Shown: positions 12,415-30,651, numbered from the whole stretch's first letter. The stretch is 63,372 nucleotides of DNA, filler included, from Ionaspis alba (GCA_964255285.1; 4 parts of 4 records of this genome joined end to end with filler, not necessarily neighbours in it); one strand, 5' to 3'. Numbers and translations: made by a program. Notes: generated from the sequence alone by a model not told the origin.

Positions 12415-13265
12415 ATGCGTTTACATTCATTCCTGATCCCCCTGCTCGGCGGTATGTCTCTCCTGTCAAAATGTTCGTGAGTTCCAGCTGATCAGTGATT
12501 CTAGCAAGTGTCTTCTCCATCACTCTCATATCTGCTAAACCGACTATCGCGCACATAGAGCACTCCTCGGCTTCTTTTCAGAGGAAAATTCTGTTACGCA
12601 GCGATTCTGTAAAGGCTGCCCTTCCGGACGAGTTTCTGAATACGTCCGCTCCGTCCGCCTTTCTCGAAGATCCTCACGGCGGCAGACGTACATCGCTGAC
12701 CTCCCCTGTTACTCGGCGAGCGGTACGCATTGCTCATGGCACGTTGATGGCTTCGGCGTTTCTCATCGTGTTCCCGTTGGGCGGGTTGCTCCTGCGAGGT
12801 CTTGCTGTCAGAATACGGAAGGACAGTAATTCCAAGAGATCATTGCCGACACACGTACATGTCAGCTTACAGATCCTTGGGCTGTGTCTTGTCTTGGGTG
12901 GGTTGGGATGCGGTATCTGGTTGGGTCTCAAGGTTAGGTATCTGGATTATGCGCACACCATCATTGGCATGACTGTGGTAGCATTGTTAGGAGTGCAGGC
13001 TTTGCTTGGGATTGTGGGCCACACGCTGTTCCGACGTCGTGGTCGAAAGGTTGGGATCTGGGGATGGGTGCATGTGTGGTTCGGAAGGACAGTGTTGGTG
13101 ATAGGAATTGTAAATGGAGGGCTCGGATTGTGGTTGGCAGGGAACACTGTATCGGGAAAGATTGTTTATGGAGCTTTGGCAGGCGCTGTTGGTGTGATGT
13201 ACATCGCGTTTGCTTGTTGGTTTGGGTGGCGAAGACCCCAGGAGTATTCGGAGAATCGTGCTTGA
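12415..13265 (+). CDS. Cytochrome b561-family membrane protein with signal peptide and no DOMON domain
   Basis: Exon 1 (MRLHSFLIPLLG) joins ORF 12495..13265 in frame through intron 12452-12504. About five hydrophobic helices carry heme-ligand-like His residues (IAHGTLM, HVHVSLQ, YAHTIIG, WVHVWFGR). Confidence 0.8.
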
Positions 13266-14035
13266 AAAAGAGACCGTGGGCTCGAGAAGCTTGACCAGTC
13301 AAAAGAGACTCGAAAATTTTGCGCTTCCTGCGCCCAAATCTCACGCGGAGATATTGCTAGAATTCTGGTAACTTTAGAGGATTCTGTATAGGAAAAGACT
13401 CGCTGTAGCTGTGACTGAAAGGTACCATTGGAAGGTCGGTATTAGGACTTTGTAAACGATTACAGGCTAAAGCCCTGCGACTGTAGATCAGAGAATGCTT
13501 GGGCACTTTGCGGAATATGTTCCAAAGCTTTGGGACGATGAAGGATCAAAGGAAAGCGCTGAACACGTATTTTGACGAAGTACGGACGATAATATCATGA
13601 TAAACACGTCTGAAAGAAAAGCGCCTTCTTGTTGAGCACTACGGAGTACTTGACTGGAGCAAGAACTTCTAGACAGGTCGAGTGGACGTCAACCTTTAGC
13701 GAAACTCTTCCCCCCAGGAACCCCTACGTGAAAGATCATAGGGACAACAAAACAGCGGGATTGCCACCGAAAGTCCACGGGGGGCTAGCAGTTATGCTAA
13801 TTATGTAGGGGACGATTCCTGTCCATGAGATTTATGCTAAATGCTTGGCGGCAAAGAAATGCTCTCCCTTTTGTGACGCCATTTCACCATCTACATACCG
13901 CGATAGTGACACTTATAACAAGCATTCTGCTCTCGGGAGTTAGGAAAGCGGAGACGTTCAGTTCAACTCAGCTAGCAAAACTAGCTATCTCAACATCGGC
14001 AGCAATTTACAACACCACCTTAAGGGTTTAAAGTC

Positions 14036-15100
14036 ATGGGCAACGACGGTGGCAGGTATGCTCCTTATGAAGTCCACAGTGCTAAAACTCCCAATGACTG
14101 ACCGTGTTCAGCATCCCCAAACGTCGCGAACTGGTAAAAGAAGCAGCGCGGATACCCACTACCTCGGAGATCAAGGAAACACAGCAAGAACAGCAAGAAT
14201 ATCACTGGACGACTTGTCCTCTCTCTCATCAAGCGCTTCGATCGCCTATTGTTTCTGATGCTGCAGGCAACCTGTACAACAAAGATGCGATATTAGAGTT
14301 TCTACTTCCAGATGGGGACGGAACACCTGGAATGAGCAAGTCTGACAACGAAGAGGTTCTTCGAGGAAGGGTACGGAGCCTGAGAGACGTAGTGGAAGTC
14401 AAGTTCTGTGTTGAGGATGGAGAAGATAGCCGAGGAACTGAGAAAACTAGTCCCAAGACTTCGAGGTGGGTATGCCCAATCACCAACAAGACTCTTGGTC
14501 CAGGTGTCAAGGCCGTCTATTTGATTCCATGCGGCCATGCATTCTCTGAGGTAGCAGTGAAGGAGATGGCTGGAGAGAAATGCACACAGGTACTCCTCGC
14601 TTCCATCTTGAGCACCGGCAGTAGCTAATGGCTTCTAGTGCGATGAGTCTTGCTCCTCAGACAACATTATCAACATACTCCCTGTTGCAGAATTGGACCG
14701 GAAACGTCTCACAGATCGGATTCAGAGATTGAAGGAGCAAGGCATTACACACTCGCTAAAGAAGGCCCCTGGTTCCAACAAGAAAAGGAAGAAAATTGTC
14801 AACGGTTCAGCTACAGAATCATCAAATTCGGCGATCTATGAGACGGCCAGCATTACACCAAAGCCTGAGCAGATATCTCAACCTGGCAGTGGAGCCGCGA
14901 CCCCCAACGGCGGGATAAAGAACGCTGCCACGGCCTCCTTGACGGCCAAAGTCCTTGCGGAAGAACAGGAGAAGACTAAAAGGCGTAAGCTAGGGTCGAA
15001 CGATAATCTGAAGAGCCTATTCTCCTCAGGTAAAACGTTTCGCAAGGATGGCGACTTCATGACCCGAGGATATTCAATTCCCGCAGGTGCAAAGAGATGA
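14036..15100 (+). CDS. RTF2: Replication termination factor 2 (Rtf2 RING-like family)
   Basis: MGNDGGSIPKRRELVKE start, WTTCPLS, GNLYNKDAILEFL, CPIT, PCGHAFS and C-terminal DFMTRGYSIP. Introns 14056-14111 and 14590-14638. Confidence 0.92.
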
Positions 15101-15281
15101 GACGAGGGCGAGTGGTAGGGTTCGCTGTCGTTATCAAGCACGGCGAAAACAATGGCTGATGGGGTTGCTCAAGTGTGTCCGGGGAGCGCATGATCAATTA
15201 GGTGTCGATGTCGCCAAGATAGGAGATCAAGTTCTTGAGACTAGTGTTTCTATACTCCGACGAAGTAAAGCGACATTTCAT

Positions 15282-15760
15282 CTAAGACCATAAGGCAGCA
15301 GCCTTGTCATCAACATCCTTTCCCCAAATGGCTTTGTTCGCCTTTGCAAAGTCTTCGAACTTCTTCGGTGCCGTCCCTGTCACTTTCAGAACAGATTCAT
15401 CACGTCTCTCCTCTTTCCCCTCGGAAATCCTGGCTTCAAAGAAAGCGATCACCGCCGCATAATCAGATGGAATCCCCATATTCTCGATCGCTTTCGCCAT
15501 TTCCTTTTCCGACAATCTTACGTGCATGATCTTTCTACCCAACACTGCGCTCAGTGTCGCTGCCACTTGATCATACGTCAACAACTCTGGTCCCAGAACG
15601 AAATGATCAGTATCGTGGCTTTTCTCCTCAGTCAAGGCACGGAAAGCCATAGCCGCGATGTCATCCGCCGAAATATAAGGTACTTTTCCGTCGCCTTTGG
15701 CCGAGTAAAGGATGTCCTCGTCGCGGATCGTGAAGCGGGCTCGAAGTTCAGAGAGATTCT
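15282..15760 (-). CDS. 3' exon of an NmrA-like/EasG (agroclavine synthase)-family NAD(P)-binding protein; 5' part lost at the contig end
   Basis: ENLSE..TIRDEDILYSAKGDGKVPYISADDIAAMAFRALT..VLGPELLTYDQVA..VTGTAPKKFEDFA. Splice acceptor TAG ends at 15761. Truncated by the linker at 15822. Confidence 0.75.
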
Positions 15761-15821
15761 CTACCACAGACATTAATAACATTTCCGCCCAAACCACGAG
15801 ATTAGAAGCTGGGGTTAGCCA

Positions 15822-15921
15822 NNNNNNNNNNNNNNNNNNNNNNNNNNNNNNNNNNNNNNNNNNNNTTAATTAATTAANNNNNNNNNNNNNNNNNNNNNNN
15901 NNNNNNNNNNNNNNNNNNNNN
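15822..15921. other. Artificial contig linker N44-TTAATTAATTAA-N44
   Basis: Six-frame stop spacer flanked by 44 N on each side. Confidence 0.98.
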
Positions 15922-16806
15922 ACGACGATCTTCACGGTGCCAGGAATAACGCTAACTTCCGTAGCTTGGAATAGAAGAAATCCGACCAATGATCTTGCTT
16001 CTCCATGTCCTCCATATACCATAGATATCGTCGCCGAGATTTTGTGCGAAGAGGTCTCTGCAGAGATAAAACACCGGCGAGCTACAAACATGCATTGCGT
16101 ACGCTCTACGGGGCTGGGCTCTATCTTAACCCCAAGCACATTGTTGAGAACTCCCAGCTGCTACCCGAGAGGTATGGGTGGAATTGGGATTCGGTGTCGT
16201 CGTGCTTTCATCCGCCATGGGAGTTTCGTCTCTCGAGACTGCAGTACGTGTCGGCTACGCCGCAGGTGAAGCGACCAATCTGGGCGATACATATACTATT
16301 TGTTTTATGGGAAGATTCCATCCTATGCTACCGTTGAATGATGAGTGTGACTACTGAAGACAAAGATCTGTCTTGTAGGGATGCATTTCTAAATATCCAT
16401 GAAAGGAAATCCCATTGCATGTCAAGGCAAGAGACTCATTCTCCGTCTTCCATCTAGCGGTCTGATCGTGCTGATCGAAGGTTCTTGGGGGTATTGACCG
16501 GACCTAAAGCAGCGCGAAGACCTCTGTATACCCCGAAACCACTGACTGGGTGGGTGATCCACCGCAAATACATCTAGGTTGAAAGTATAGACCGCTATAG
16601 TAACATAATTCTACGCACTAATGTCTTACACATTCTATGCAACAAAGTTGTTGTGGACGAAGAATCGTATTTCTGTCGTCAGAGTCATGGAGCAAGTAGC
16701 TGGTTAATGTACAAAATCACGCCGTGCCCTTCCCCGGGCAATCCCATGAAAGCAGTGCCCCATTCCTCGCCCAATAAAATCCTGAGAACACCCATATCGC
16801 AAGCTA

Positions 16807-17596
<790 letters not shown>

Positions 17597-18383
17597 TTTA
17601 GATGACTGGTAAGATTGATTTGATAGAGGCTGCGAGATGTAGATGGATGGGTTGAGGTTGTGGTTGATGAAAGTGATTTGATGATGACGAAAGTGGTTGG
17701 TGGGTGGATGAATGAAAGAGGAAAGGAAGAAGCGAAGTGGGAATAAGTAGTTTATCGAGGAAGTGGGTGATTTCCAGGCAGTCGCGAAGAGGGAAAAGGC
17801 GCTAGCGACAATTCACTTGTTAGAGTGCTGGAATCGAGACGTCTCAAGCCAGATTTTGCGCGCTGTGATTTTAGGTGAGCAACTCCGAAATACCCACGCA
17901 TTTCCGGCCAATCAGAGCCGAGGCAACTAAGCGAGACCTGGGTCAAAGCTGCCAAAGCCTCCAATGTTCGAAGGGAATTTTATCTGGGGATGAAAAGGCC
18001 AACAGTCGAGCAGTGTGGTGAGTCACCAAGGCTTCCGTCTTGTCAGCTGATATGGATATACTGATACGTTTTACAAAGTTATTCTGGTCTCTCTCATGAT
18101 AGTGTCGAGTTCGGAGCAACGTGGTTCGGATCACTAGCTTAGGTGAAGCGAAGCGATCACGCCGGGTTGCTTTTGATTTGACTAGTCCTGGTTTAGCCGC
18201 GATCTGTGATACGGCTCACCCACGGCCTCTGTCCACATCTTTATCAAGCCCAACACTCCATGCATCTCAGACTTCTCTTCTTATCCATCCCATCAACAAG
18301 CCAATCAATCAACGCAACCATCAGCCACTCAACATTCCATCAACCTCACAGCTTCTAAGCTTACCTCATTCGATACCATCGTC
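17597..18383. promoter_or_regulatory. Bidirectional histone H3/H4 promoter with a CCAAT box and an AP-1/Gcn4-like site
   Basis: Lies between the divergent ATGs. It contains CCAATCAG (17908-17915) and GGTGAGTCACC (17017+1000 = 18017-18027, core TGAGTCA). Site function is inferred. Confidence 0.6.
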
Positions 18384-18893
18384 ATGACTGGACGTAAGTT
18401 GCACCGTGCCTACCAGTAATCCCGTCGACGCTGGGCTTCTTTCCCCGGTTGGACTTTGATACTGACGCATCGTCACAGGTGGCAAAGGTGGGAAGGGGCT
18501 CGGCAAAGGCGGGGCCAAGCGTCACAGGAAAATTCTACGTGACAACATCCAAGGCATAACCAAGCCTGCCATCCGTCGTCTTGCGCGTCGTGGTGGTGTC
18601 AAGCGTATTTCAGCCAGTATGTCTACCAGCTCTGATTGCACTGCCCAGCTGTTTCTTACTAACGCGTCTTACCCTAGTGATCTATGAAGAGACGCGTGGT
18701 GTACTCAAGACCTTCCTCGAAGGAGTAATTCGAGATGCTGTCACATACACCGAGCACGCCAAGCGCAAGACTGTCACTTCACTCGATGTCGTGTACGCCC
18801 TAAAACGACAAGGCCGTAAGTTGCTTGCCGATTTCGTGGTCTTGAGTACGACTAACATGCTTCCAAGGCACCTTGTACGGTTTCGGTGGTTAG
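18384..18893 (+). CDS. hH4: Histone H4
   Basis: Introns 18394-18478, 18617-18677 and 18816-18867 give [31 protein letters not shown]...KRQGRTLYGFGG. Confidence 0.98.
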
Positions 18894-21824
18894 ACGTGTC
18901 TGTTTTCCATCCACTTTACGACTTTGCTTCTCAGGCTCTCCAGTCGATCGAGATGGATACTTCAATGGTGCACTGCTTTCGGGTGGGATGATTCTGGGGG
19001 TTTCTGGAACAGCTTTTTCATCTGAGGTCCTGTTGCTATGTATCATAAGGACAGACACGGAGTCTAGGGACTAGCATGGAATGATACCAGAATAATTTCA
19101 ACGCTTCTGAACGAGTTCTCATAATGGGTATTCCTGACAGTGGCATGTAGAGAACTCCTGTTCAATGACTATCCCCATAGGGCATGGCCCTCGGCAGCTG
19201 GATTTCATTTGTACTAATGAAACGGCTCAGGTGAATGACCCGACCCGGCTGGTCCAGTAGACTCGGCACTTTCGGCTGTACACTTTACTAGGACCCTTCT
19301 CTCTATCTTCGGAGTGTAGGAACAGATGATGTACGATTTGCAGTGCACATGATGTTTGTCACATCAAGAACCCCTGACCAATACGCGAATGCTGCAGAAA
19401 CTGTACATTCGTATCGAACGGTCAGACAGGTATAACCGGTTATGTCTGCTTCGGGATATTTTGATTCGCTCCGTAGTCATGGAGGACGACGTGACAAATG
19501 CTAGTGCCAAGACATGTGCTTCTCGCAGAGACTTAGATCTTTGCTCATGAATATCGGTTCCTTGATCATCTAGACCGAAGCATTTAGGAGAAACAGGTGA
19601 TTGGTCCGGCCACGAACAGATTCGTCGAATATATGTAGGCCCGCTTGGCACATGACTTTTATTTTTGTGGAGTATGTCCAATGTCGAGTCTGTTCGAGTT
19701 ACGGAAGCTGCCTTCCGATTCAATCGCATGCAATGCTGCTTCGTGTCAAAGGTGCTGCTTGATTGTATATTATCATCATGAGGTGATCGAGATTCAACAA
19801 CGTCGAACGTAAGAGTCACGATCCTTCCAGCATGGCGGAAATCTTCACAATACTATTCAGCGGAATATTTCGTAGCAATATTACGGACAGCCCGAATAAG
19901 CGATTAGTGATGCCACTGCAGCAGCTCTATTCGGCGCGACATCGGGACACAGACCCGCCCGAAGCGGGCGCGAGGGACGATCTAGATCTGGTTGCAGCTT
20001 CCTCAGCCACACGCTCCGTTGGCGGGAGTAAACGTGTCGGAGACTCAGCCCCTGTCACCGGCCCTGCATTGGCCCGGTGGAGCAAACTCCGGGGAAATTT
20101 GGTTCCGTCGGCGGTTCTGCAGAGCTCGTTGATGAGTGAACATTTTCGAGGATGAAACGAGTGGGAGAAGCAAACAAGGCCCGGGGATGCCGATGACCTA
20201 TACTTGTCCGTCGAAGCTGTATGTCCGTATCCTGTACTGCTGGCCCTGTGCATATGTTCTTCCTGTCAATGGCGCCGTCTTTCGTGTAGGGTTACGGCAG
20301 TGACGTCGCGAGGACTTACTCAATCCAGTAATTTTCCGCATCATCAAACCAAGCAATACCTTCCAGCAAGGTTGCAAGTGAATGCCAGCTCTCCGCCGTG
20401 GTTCACCAGCGAACGACGCGTGCGACAGCCCAAAAATAAGGGCTGAGGGCTGTAGTCTCCCAGTCCTGAACAATAATGAGCACAACCAACCTACTTCGAG
20501 ACGGCCATAGCCTTAGAGGATGGTGTGTCGCATCGTGCAGCTATTGTACCTCCAGCCCAAGGAATCATTTTTTGGCGCCGGTCGATGATCCCGTAGATAG
20601 CGCCAAAAACCGCCTGTAATCAAAAACGCTGCCCGCCATGTAAAGGAGGATTCGAAATGCTGAGACGGGACCAGCAAAGTCTCTGCATCCGCGTGCAAGG
20701 CTCGTGTGGTAGGTTCAGTCGTGCTTGGTCGTTCGTTTCGTATGTCTGCTCCCTTTGACACCAGCATACTGGCTGGTACACAACACCGCGCTGAACATTA
20801 CGTGGCATACGCTGGCAGCACGGTTGAATGTTCGTGCACGACTCAGCTTTGACGGAACTCAGGCACGTGGGTTACTAGTAAAGACACGAGATGCGCCACG
20901 AGTGGGATACCAAGGCTGCAAAGGGTATGTATTGGACGCAGCAACAGTTGGCTGCTATCTCCAAGTCAGCGGTCAAGCTGGGACTGATAGGCCGGCCGCT
21001 TCCTCGACACGTGTTTGGGGTGGTCCTCTTAGGTCAGAGCCACATCACGAACTGCGCCACAGGTACTGATCTTGATCGACACTAGGTGGAGCACCCAGCA
21101 AATCAGTCAACTTCGGTCCCTACTGACAGCGAGCTAGTTAGGTAGTCGTAGGTTAAATTCGCTTGGTAGGTGATCAACGGTTACGGACTAAATTAAGAAC
21201 GGAGTCGTGATATTCTGATGCAGGTAGGTACTGCTGAACGGGGATGATCTCCGATTCTGTTTCCTCTGAAGGTCGGTACCCCTTCGTTCGTTCCAACGTG
21301 GGAGAATATAGTCGATGGACATGGCAGCTTTGCATAAGGTAGTCGAGAAGGGGAAAAAGATCCTCTATCGAAGACGGGTTTTTATTTTTGGGATTACTGC
21401 ATTGGTGACATCTGCTGCCCATCCATTCCCCATGACGGCCGTCGATTCATGCACAAACATGAAATTTTCCATCATGCGCAGGGCAAGATCGGCACCGGCC
21501 GACCCTGCGGTTGGGTGAGATCCCTGTCTGGCCAGGATCAGGGTCAGCACTGCCACTCCGACACGTTTCTGGGAGACGTTCTGGAAGGATAATAGCCGGG
21601 CTAAGACGTCATTCTCGCTGGGAACTTCCTCCGTTTTCCATTTTCCATCCCAAACCCCTGCCACTGGGCCCCTGCGGCACCCCGGTCTCCCACACACCAC
21701 CCCGGGGCACCCTTTGCATATGCGCAAGGTCGGCGTCCGGAATAGATGATGGGCAGGAGAAATAAGAATCGTATAATAATATCTATAATCGATGAGGGTC
21801 TCGTCTCAGTGCACGCACGCAACG

Positions 21825-21891
21825 GAAACCAGAAAGGGAAGAAGAAGAAGAACCGGAAGAAGAAGAACCAGAAAACGAAAACGAAAACGAA
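21825..21891 (+). repeat. Purine-rich simple repeat ((GAA)n and (GAAAAC)3) upstream of RPN4
   Basis: gaagaagaagaagaaccggaagaagaagaaccagaaaacgaaaacgaaaacga; a CT-rich tract follows. Confidence 0.8.
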
Positions 21892-22231
21892 GCACGCAGA
21901 CGAGCAACGGAATCGAAATATCAGATTATCACAAGCCTCCCCTTCTTCTTCCCCCTCCTCTTTCTTCATTGTTTATTGATTCACTCTCCTTCTTCTACTG
22001 GGCTTCGTTCTCGCTTCCCAAGCAAAAGCCACACACTCCCAGCCTCCATCTAATCGACTCATCTTGTCTCCCGTCGGCACGAAGAACCGTCCGTCTACGA
22101 AGCCTGAGAACACACGCGTACACACCCATCTCCCCCGAACAGACATACTACGCTTTCGCCCATACGAGAAGCTACCTCGGACTAGACTACTCTCGTCCTC
22201 TCACATATTCTCCCCCGTTCCAGCGCCCTCC

Positions 22232-22426
22232 ATGGCCTCGTTGGCTTATTAGTCATTCGGATTTGACGGTCCTCTCTCACCACTTTACCACATCATATCC
22301 CGACCGAGTCATCCTGTTGTCTTAGGTCCTGTTCATCACTGTCGTCGTCTTTTATTCTTTTCATTCTTCCACCTCTCTTCTCCTTCTCATTCCTCCATTA
22401 CTTTGGCTTGGTTGCATATGGAATAA
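22232..22426 (+). promoter_or_regulatory. Two short candidate uORFs in the RPN4 leader (22232-22252 MASLAY*; 22418-22426 ME*)
   Basis: These are the only two ATGs between ~21960 and the main ATG at 22503. The transcript start is inferred from the CT-rich tract and is not observed. Confidence 0.45.
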
Positions 22427-22502
22427 TTATATCGAGGTCGCCACACGATCCTTCGTTTCTCCATCTGCCGTCGCTTGTTTTTCCGACTTCGGTAAGATTA
22501 CG

Positions 22503-24674
22503 ATGTTAGCTCATTCCGCATATCCTCGACGTCAGCAACCATCTTCATCATCATCGTCTCCATCTCCTTCCCCTTTCTCCTTCTTCGACCAACCCTCTTA
22601 CGATTATTCTCCCTCATCACCACTCTACAACGACAACACTCAAAGAAACTATCACTCTCCCCTTCACCAATCCTACCACTTCGATCACGACCGAGGCCAC
22701 TCACTCGATCTTGAATCGTCAGCCTCTCTCGTCGACGCGCACCTGCAACCGGATTCGGAGTCCTACCACTACATGACGGCACCCTTCGCCTTCTACCCTC
22801 CCATCCGCGTTCATCAGTCAACGCCCGGTCCAGCTCGGTCACAGCAGTTCCCTCCGTTCTACGATTCTGGCAATCCTGTCGGCCAGTCTGCTTCCTGGTC
22901 GCGATTTGGGGAACAAGCTCATTTGTCCGCCGATCCAAGGTATCATCGCCTTCAGTCGCACGGGCAATGTTCTTCGCATAAGCGCAACTCGTCTGGCTCA
23001 TCGGTCGGATCGGTCGGTCCGGCATCACCCTACACTCCAGCAAGCTCGTTCCCACGAATCGTCGACTCCGATTCCACACTCTACCCACCGCCGGGCTACG
23101 AAACACCTGACAACATCCACGGCACCTATTCTTCCTTCACAAAGCCTTCTCCGCACTCGTTTCTCGCTCCTTCCTATCCACACCACTGCTTCCCTTCGCT
23201 GAATAATGTCGAAGCTATGGTTGAAATGAGGCGCGCTGTAATGGCGCAACAAGAGTCAAATTTGGAGGAGGGCACATCATCGTTCCGGCGCAGCTCTTAT
23301 GGTGCAGATTGTGACGAGGGATCGAAGGCGCCGACAGAACTACGCTCCAACATGCCGAAGCTCGATCGGACTATGTCAGACATCTACCAGGATGAGCTAT
23401 ACAATCCTACCATGACCACCTCAGCCTCTACACCACCATCATCGAGGGTAACTGTTGTTCAGAATAAATTGCTTTCTCCGCAGACCGATGTTTTCTCGGA
23501 ACGGCTTCAAGCGGCAAAGAAGGATCATATGACGGCGCGCTCGATGTCACCGGCCACAACGATCTCGAGAGAACGCTCTCCCTTCCGGCAAGGCTCGGAG
23601 TGGGCTACAGAAGCATATCCGCAGTCGCATTCGCCCCCACCTCGCATGCTGACCGCTGCGCAAGTGCGAGAACGACGAAAAGCAGAGGCAGATGCTGCCG
23701 TGCTTGCACAGCACCAGCCTACTAATGATGGCGTCCGACCGGTGGATACCATTTCACCCAAGGAGGTCGAACTTGACTACAGCGAAACTGAGGAAGATTC
23801 GAAGAGACCGCTCTTTCCCCAAGCAGGCTCTCCGAAACCTGTCAACGGAGTTTCCGATCCTTTTACTGCGTTGCATCCCAGTTCGCAAGAGTCCACCCGG
23901 AGCGATGCTACGGATAGCGTTGCCCAGCATGACTTCGCTCGCATGGGCGGTACAAGACGGGAGAGCTCAAGTTTCTCGGCCAATTCTGGATCGGGAAATG
24001 GACGTCTGGACTTCACCGGCGACAACAACCAGGTACCACAACAGTATCCCTTCATCTCTCAATCACGGAGACAGACGAGCAGTCTGCGCAATGGTTCCGA
24101 TCAGGTTCCCGAATTTCCCACCAATCTGACTTCCATGGAATCCACGAACAGTGAGAACGGTGCGCAAAGCTCGCAGGAGCCAGGCGGTGGTGGCACGGAA
24201 ATTGAACGGCCGACCAACACGATGGCAGATTCTGGAACGTACTCGTGTCCAATCGCGGGCTGTACTCTTCGCTTCGATACGTCAACAAAGATGCTCAAAC
24301 ACAAGCGTGACAACCATCGACATGCAATCTCCGAACACGATTCGCCCACCGGCGCCTCTTGTACTTCTAGTGGCAGAAACTCCGTTCATGCCTCCGCAGC
24401 GTCGCTAGCTACTCGCAATAGTCAGGCCGGCCCACATAAGTGCGAGCGCATCAATCCATCGACAGGAAAGCCGTGCAACTCGGTCTTCTCGAGACCGTAT
24501 GACTTGACGAGGCATGAAGATACGATCCATAATACTCGGAAGCACAAAGTCCGCTGTCAAATGTGTACAGAAGAAAAGACATTCTCAAGGAATGATGCTT
24601 TGACAAGGCATATGCGGGTCGTTCATCCAGAGGTAGATTTTCCGGGGAAGACGAAAAGAAAAGGCGGTATGTGA
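22503..24674 (+). CDS. RPN4: C2H2 zinc-finger transcription factor, Rpn4-like (proteasome regulon)
   Basis: Intronless 723 aa. PKLDRTMSDIYQDELYNP motif and C-terminal fingers HKCERINPSTGKPCNSVFSRPYDLTRHEDTIH..CQMCTEEKTFSRNDALTRHMRVVH. Confidence 0.88.
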   Translation: MLAHSAYPRRQQPSSSSSSPSPSPFSFFDQPSYDYSPSSPLYNDNTQRNYHSPLHQSYHFDHDRGHSLDLESSASLVDAHLQPDSESYHYMTAPFAFYPPIRVHQSTPGPARSQQFPPFYDSGNPVGQSASWSRFGEQAHLSADPRYHRLQSHGQCSSHKRNSSGSSVGSVGPASPYTPASSFPRIVDSDSTLYPPPGYETPDNIHGTYSSFTKPSPHSFLAPSYPHHCFPSLNNVEAMVEMRRAVMAQQESNLEEGTSSFRRSSYGADCDEGSKAPTELRSNMPKLDRTMSDIYQDELYNPTMTTSASTPPSSRVTVVQNKLLSPQTDVFSERLQAAKKDHMTARSMSPATTISRERSPFRQGSEWATEAYPQSHSPPPRMLTAAQVRERRKAEADAAVLAQHQPTNDGVRPVDTISPKEVELDYSETEEDSKRPLFPQAGSPKPVNGVSDPFTALHPSSQESTRSDATDSVAQHDFARMGGTRRESSSFSANSGSGNGRLDFTGDNNQVPQQYPFISQSRRQTSSLRNGSDQVPEFPTNLTSMESTNSENGAQSSQEPGGGGTEIERPTNTMADSGTYSCPIAGCTLRFDTSTKMLKHKRDNHRHAISEHDSPTGASCTSSGRNSVHASAASLATRNSQAGPHKCERINPSTGKPCNSVFSRPYDLTRHEDTIHNTRKHKVRCQMCTEEKTFSRNDALTRHMRVVHPEVDFPGKTKRKGGM

Positions 24675-25259
24675 TGTAAAGATGTACGTTTTTACGATAC
24701 TTCGCGGGGAATGGGGATGAGATCAGACGTTCCCTCAATGATCCGTGAAGAAGTCGAAGAGGTATATGCGTCTCTAATTGCAATTCGAAGGAATAAGCGG
24801 TCGGCGTATTTTCATTCTGTTTCTGTACGAATACAAAATGTTCTTCCAATTCAAAAATATCATTTCGATAAAGCGAGAGGTTACGTATGCATAGCCTAAC
24901 GGAGCTTGGTTTTCATGATTCACGATTTCTCTGTTGCTTTTATTCGACAAGAACAATAGCTCTGTTGCTCACGCATGTTGATGGTGTCTAGACTAGATCC
25001 GGCATGACCGATATTTGTATCTGTATTGCGCTGTAAAGTGGATAGCTGCGTTCCAAGGAACACTGAAAATACAGTTGAGGTTCTCATAAAGCAAGACTCG
25101 GATCTGTGAAGCAAGCATATTCGCTCTGCATCCAAGTGACACAGGGTCATCCTCTCAGAGAATAGATTGGGACACGCTGCTTGCGAGTCTAGTCTAGCTT
25201 TCAAAGTCGTCCGATATCTGTAGCCCACGGGTATCGGCCTGTCAATCACGTGGAAGAAT

Positions 25260-30226
<4,967 letters not shown>

Positions 30227-30651
30227 CTACCCTGAAAGACAACCAAATCAACAAAATAACGGGATGGCCAGCATATAACGCAAACGAAAGAAGACAGAGG
30301 AAAGCATGGACTGGAAAGGTCAGATATCCATGCGAAAGCAACAAGGAAGCCAAAGTGCTATAAAAGGAGCCTGCCAGACAGAGCACGTCACTGGCACGAG
30401 TCCTATGGGACAGGCTGACTGTATTATGGAGTGCGGCTGAGACGTATTCGGTGACATCGCCGCAACCAAAACTTTTTGCCCTTACAGGGCCAGAAGCCGA
30501 AGTCAGACTAGCGGCAAGGTATTCTTGCATTATGTAAAGCGAATACTGTCCTTATGCAAGTCATCGCCTAGCTCGCCTTTTTATCACTGACCTCTCTCCC
30601 AATGAGCACTTGCCCCTTAATGTTATCAAAAGCTCAAATGACGCTCTCAAA

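Noticed and set aside
12471..12497. ATG TTC GTG AGT TCC AGC TGA in frame with the b561 ORF, suggesting a nonsense mutation or readthrough
   Set aside because: It lies inside intron 12452-12504; the spliced model from ATG 12415 is intact and has a good signal peptide.
15866..15877. TTAATTAATTAA repeated three times at ~15.8-kb spacing as a biological repeat
   Set aside because: It is always centred in 44+44 N, so it is an assembly linker.
15922..16337. Possible 3' exons of a truncated gene at the contig start
   Set aside because: Splice-like signals exist, but the implied intron is only 38 nt and no translation is recognisable.
16338..16474. ATGATGA...CTGA candidate C/D snoRNA
   Set aside because: The terminal stem is weak and I could not recognise an rRNA-complementary guide; snoscan would be needed.
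21565..21590. Heat-shock element upstream of RPN4
   Set aside because: Only two correctly spaced units are present (TTCtgGAA, 21579-21586); the third TTC is out of register.
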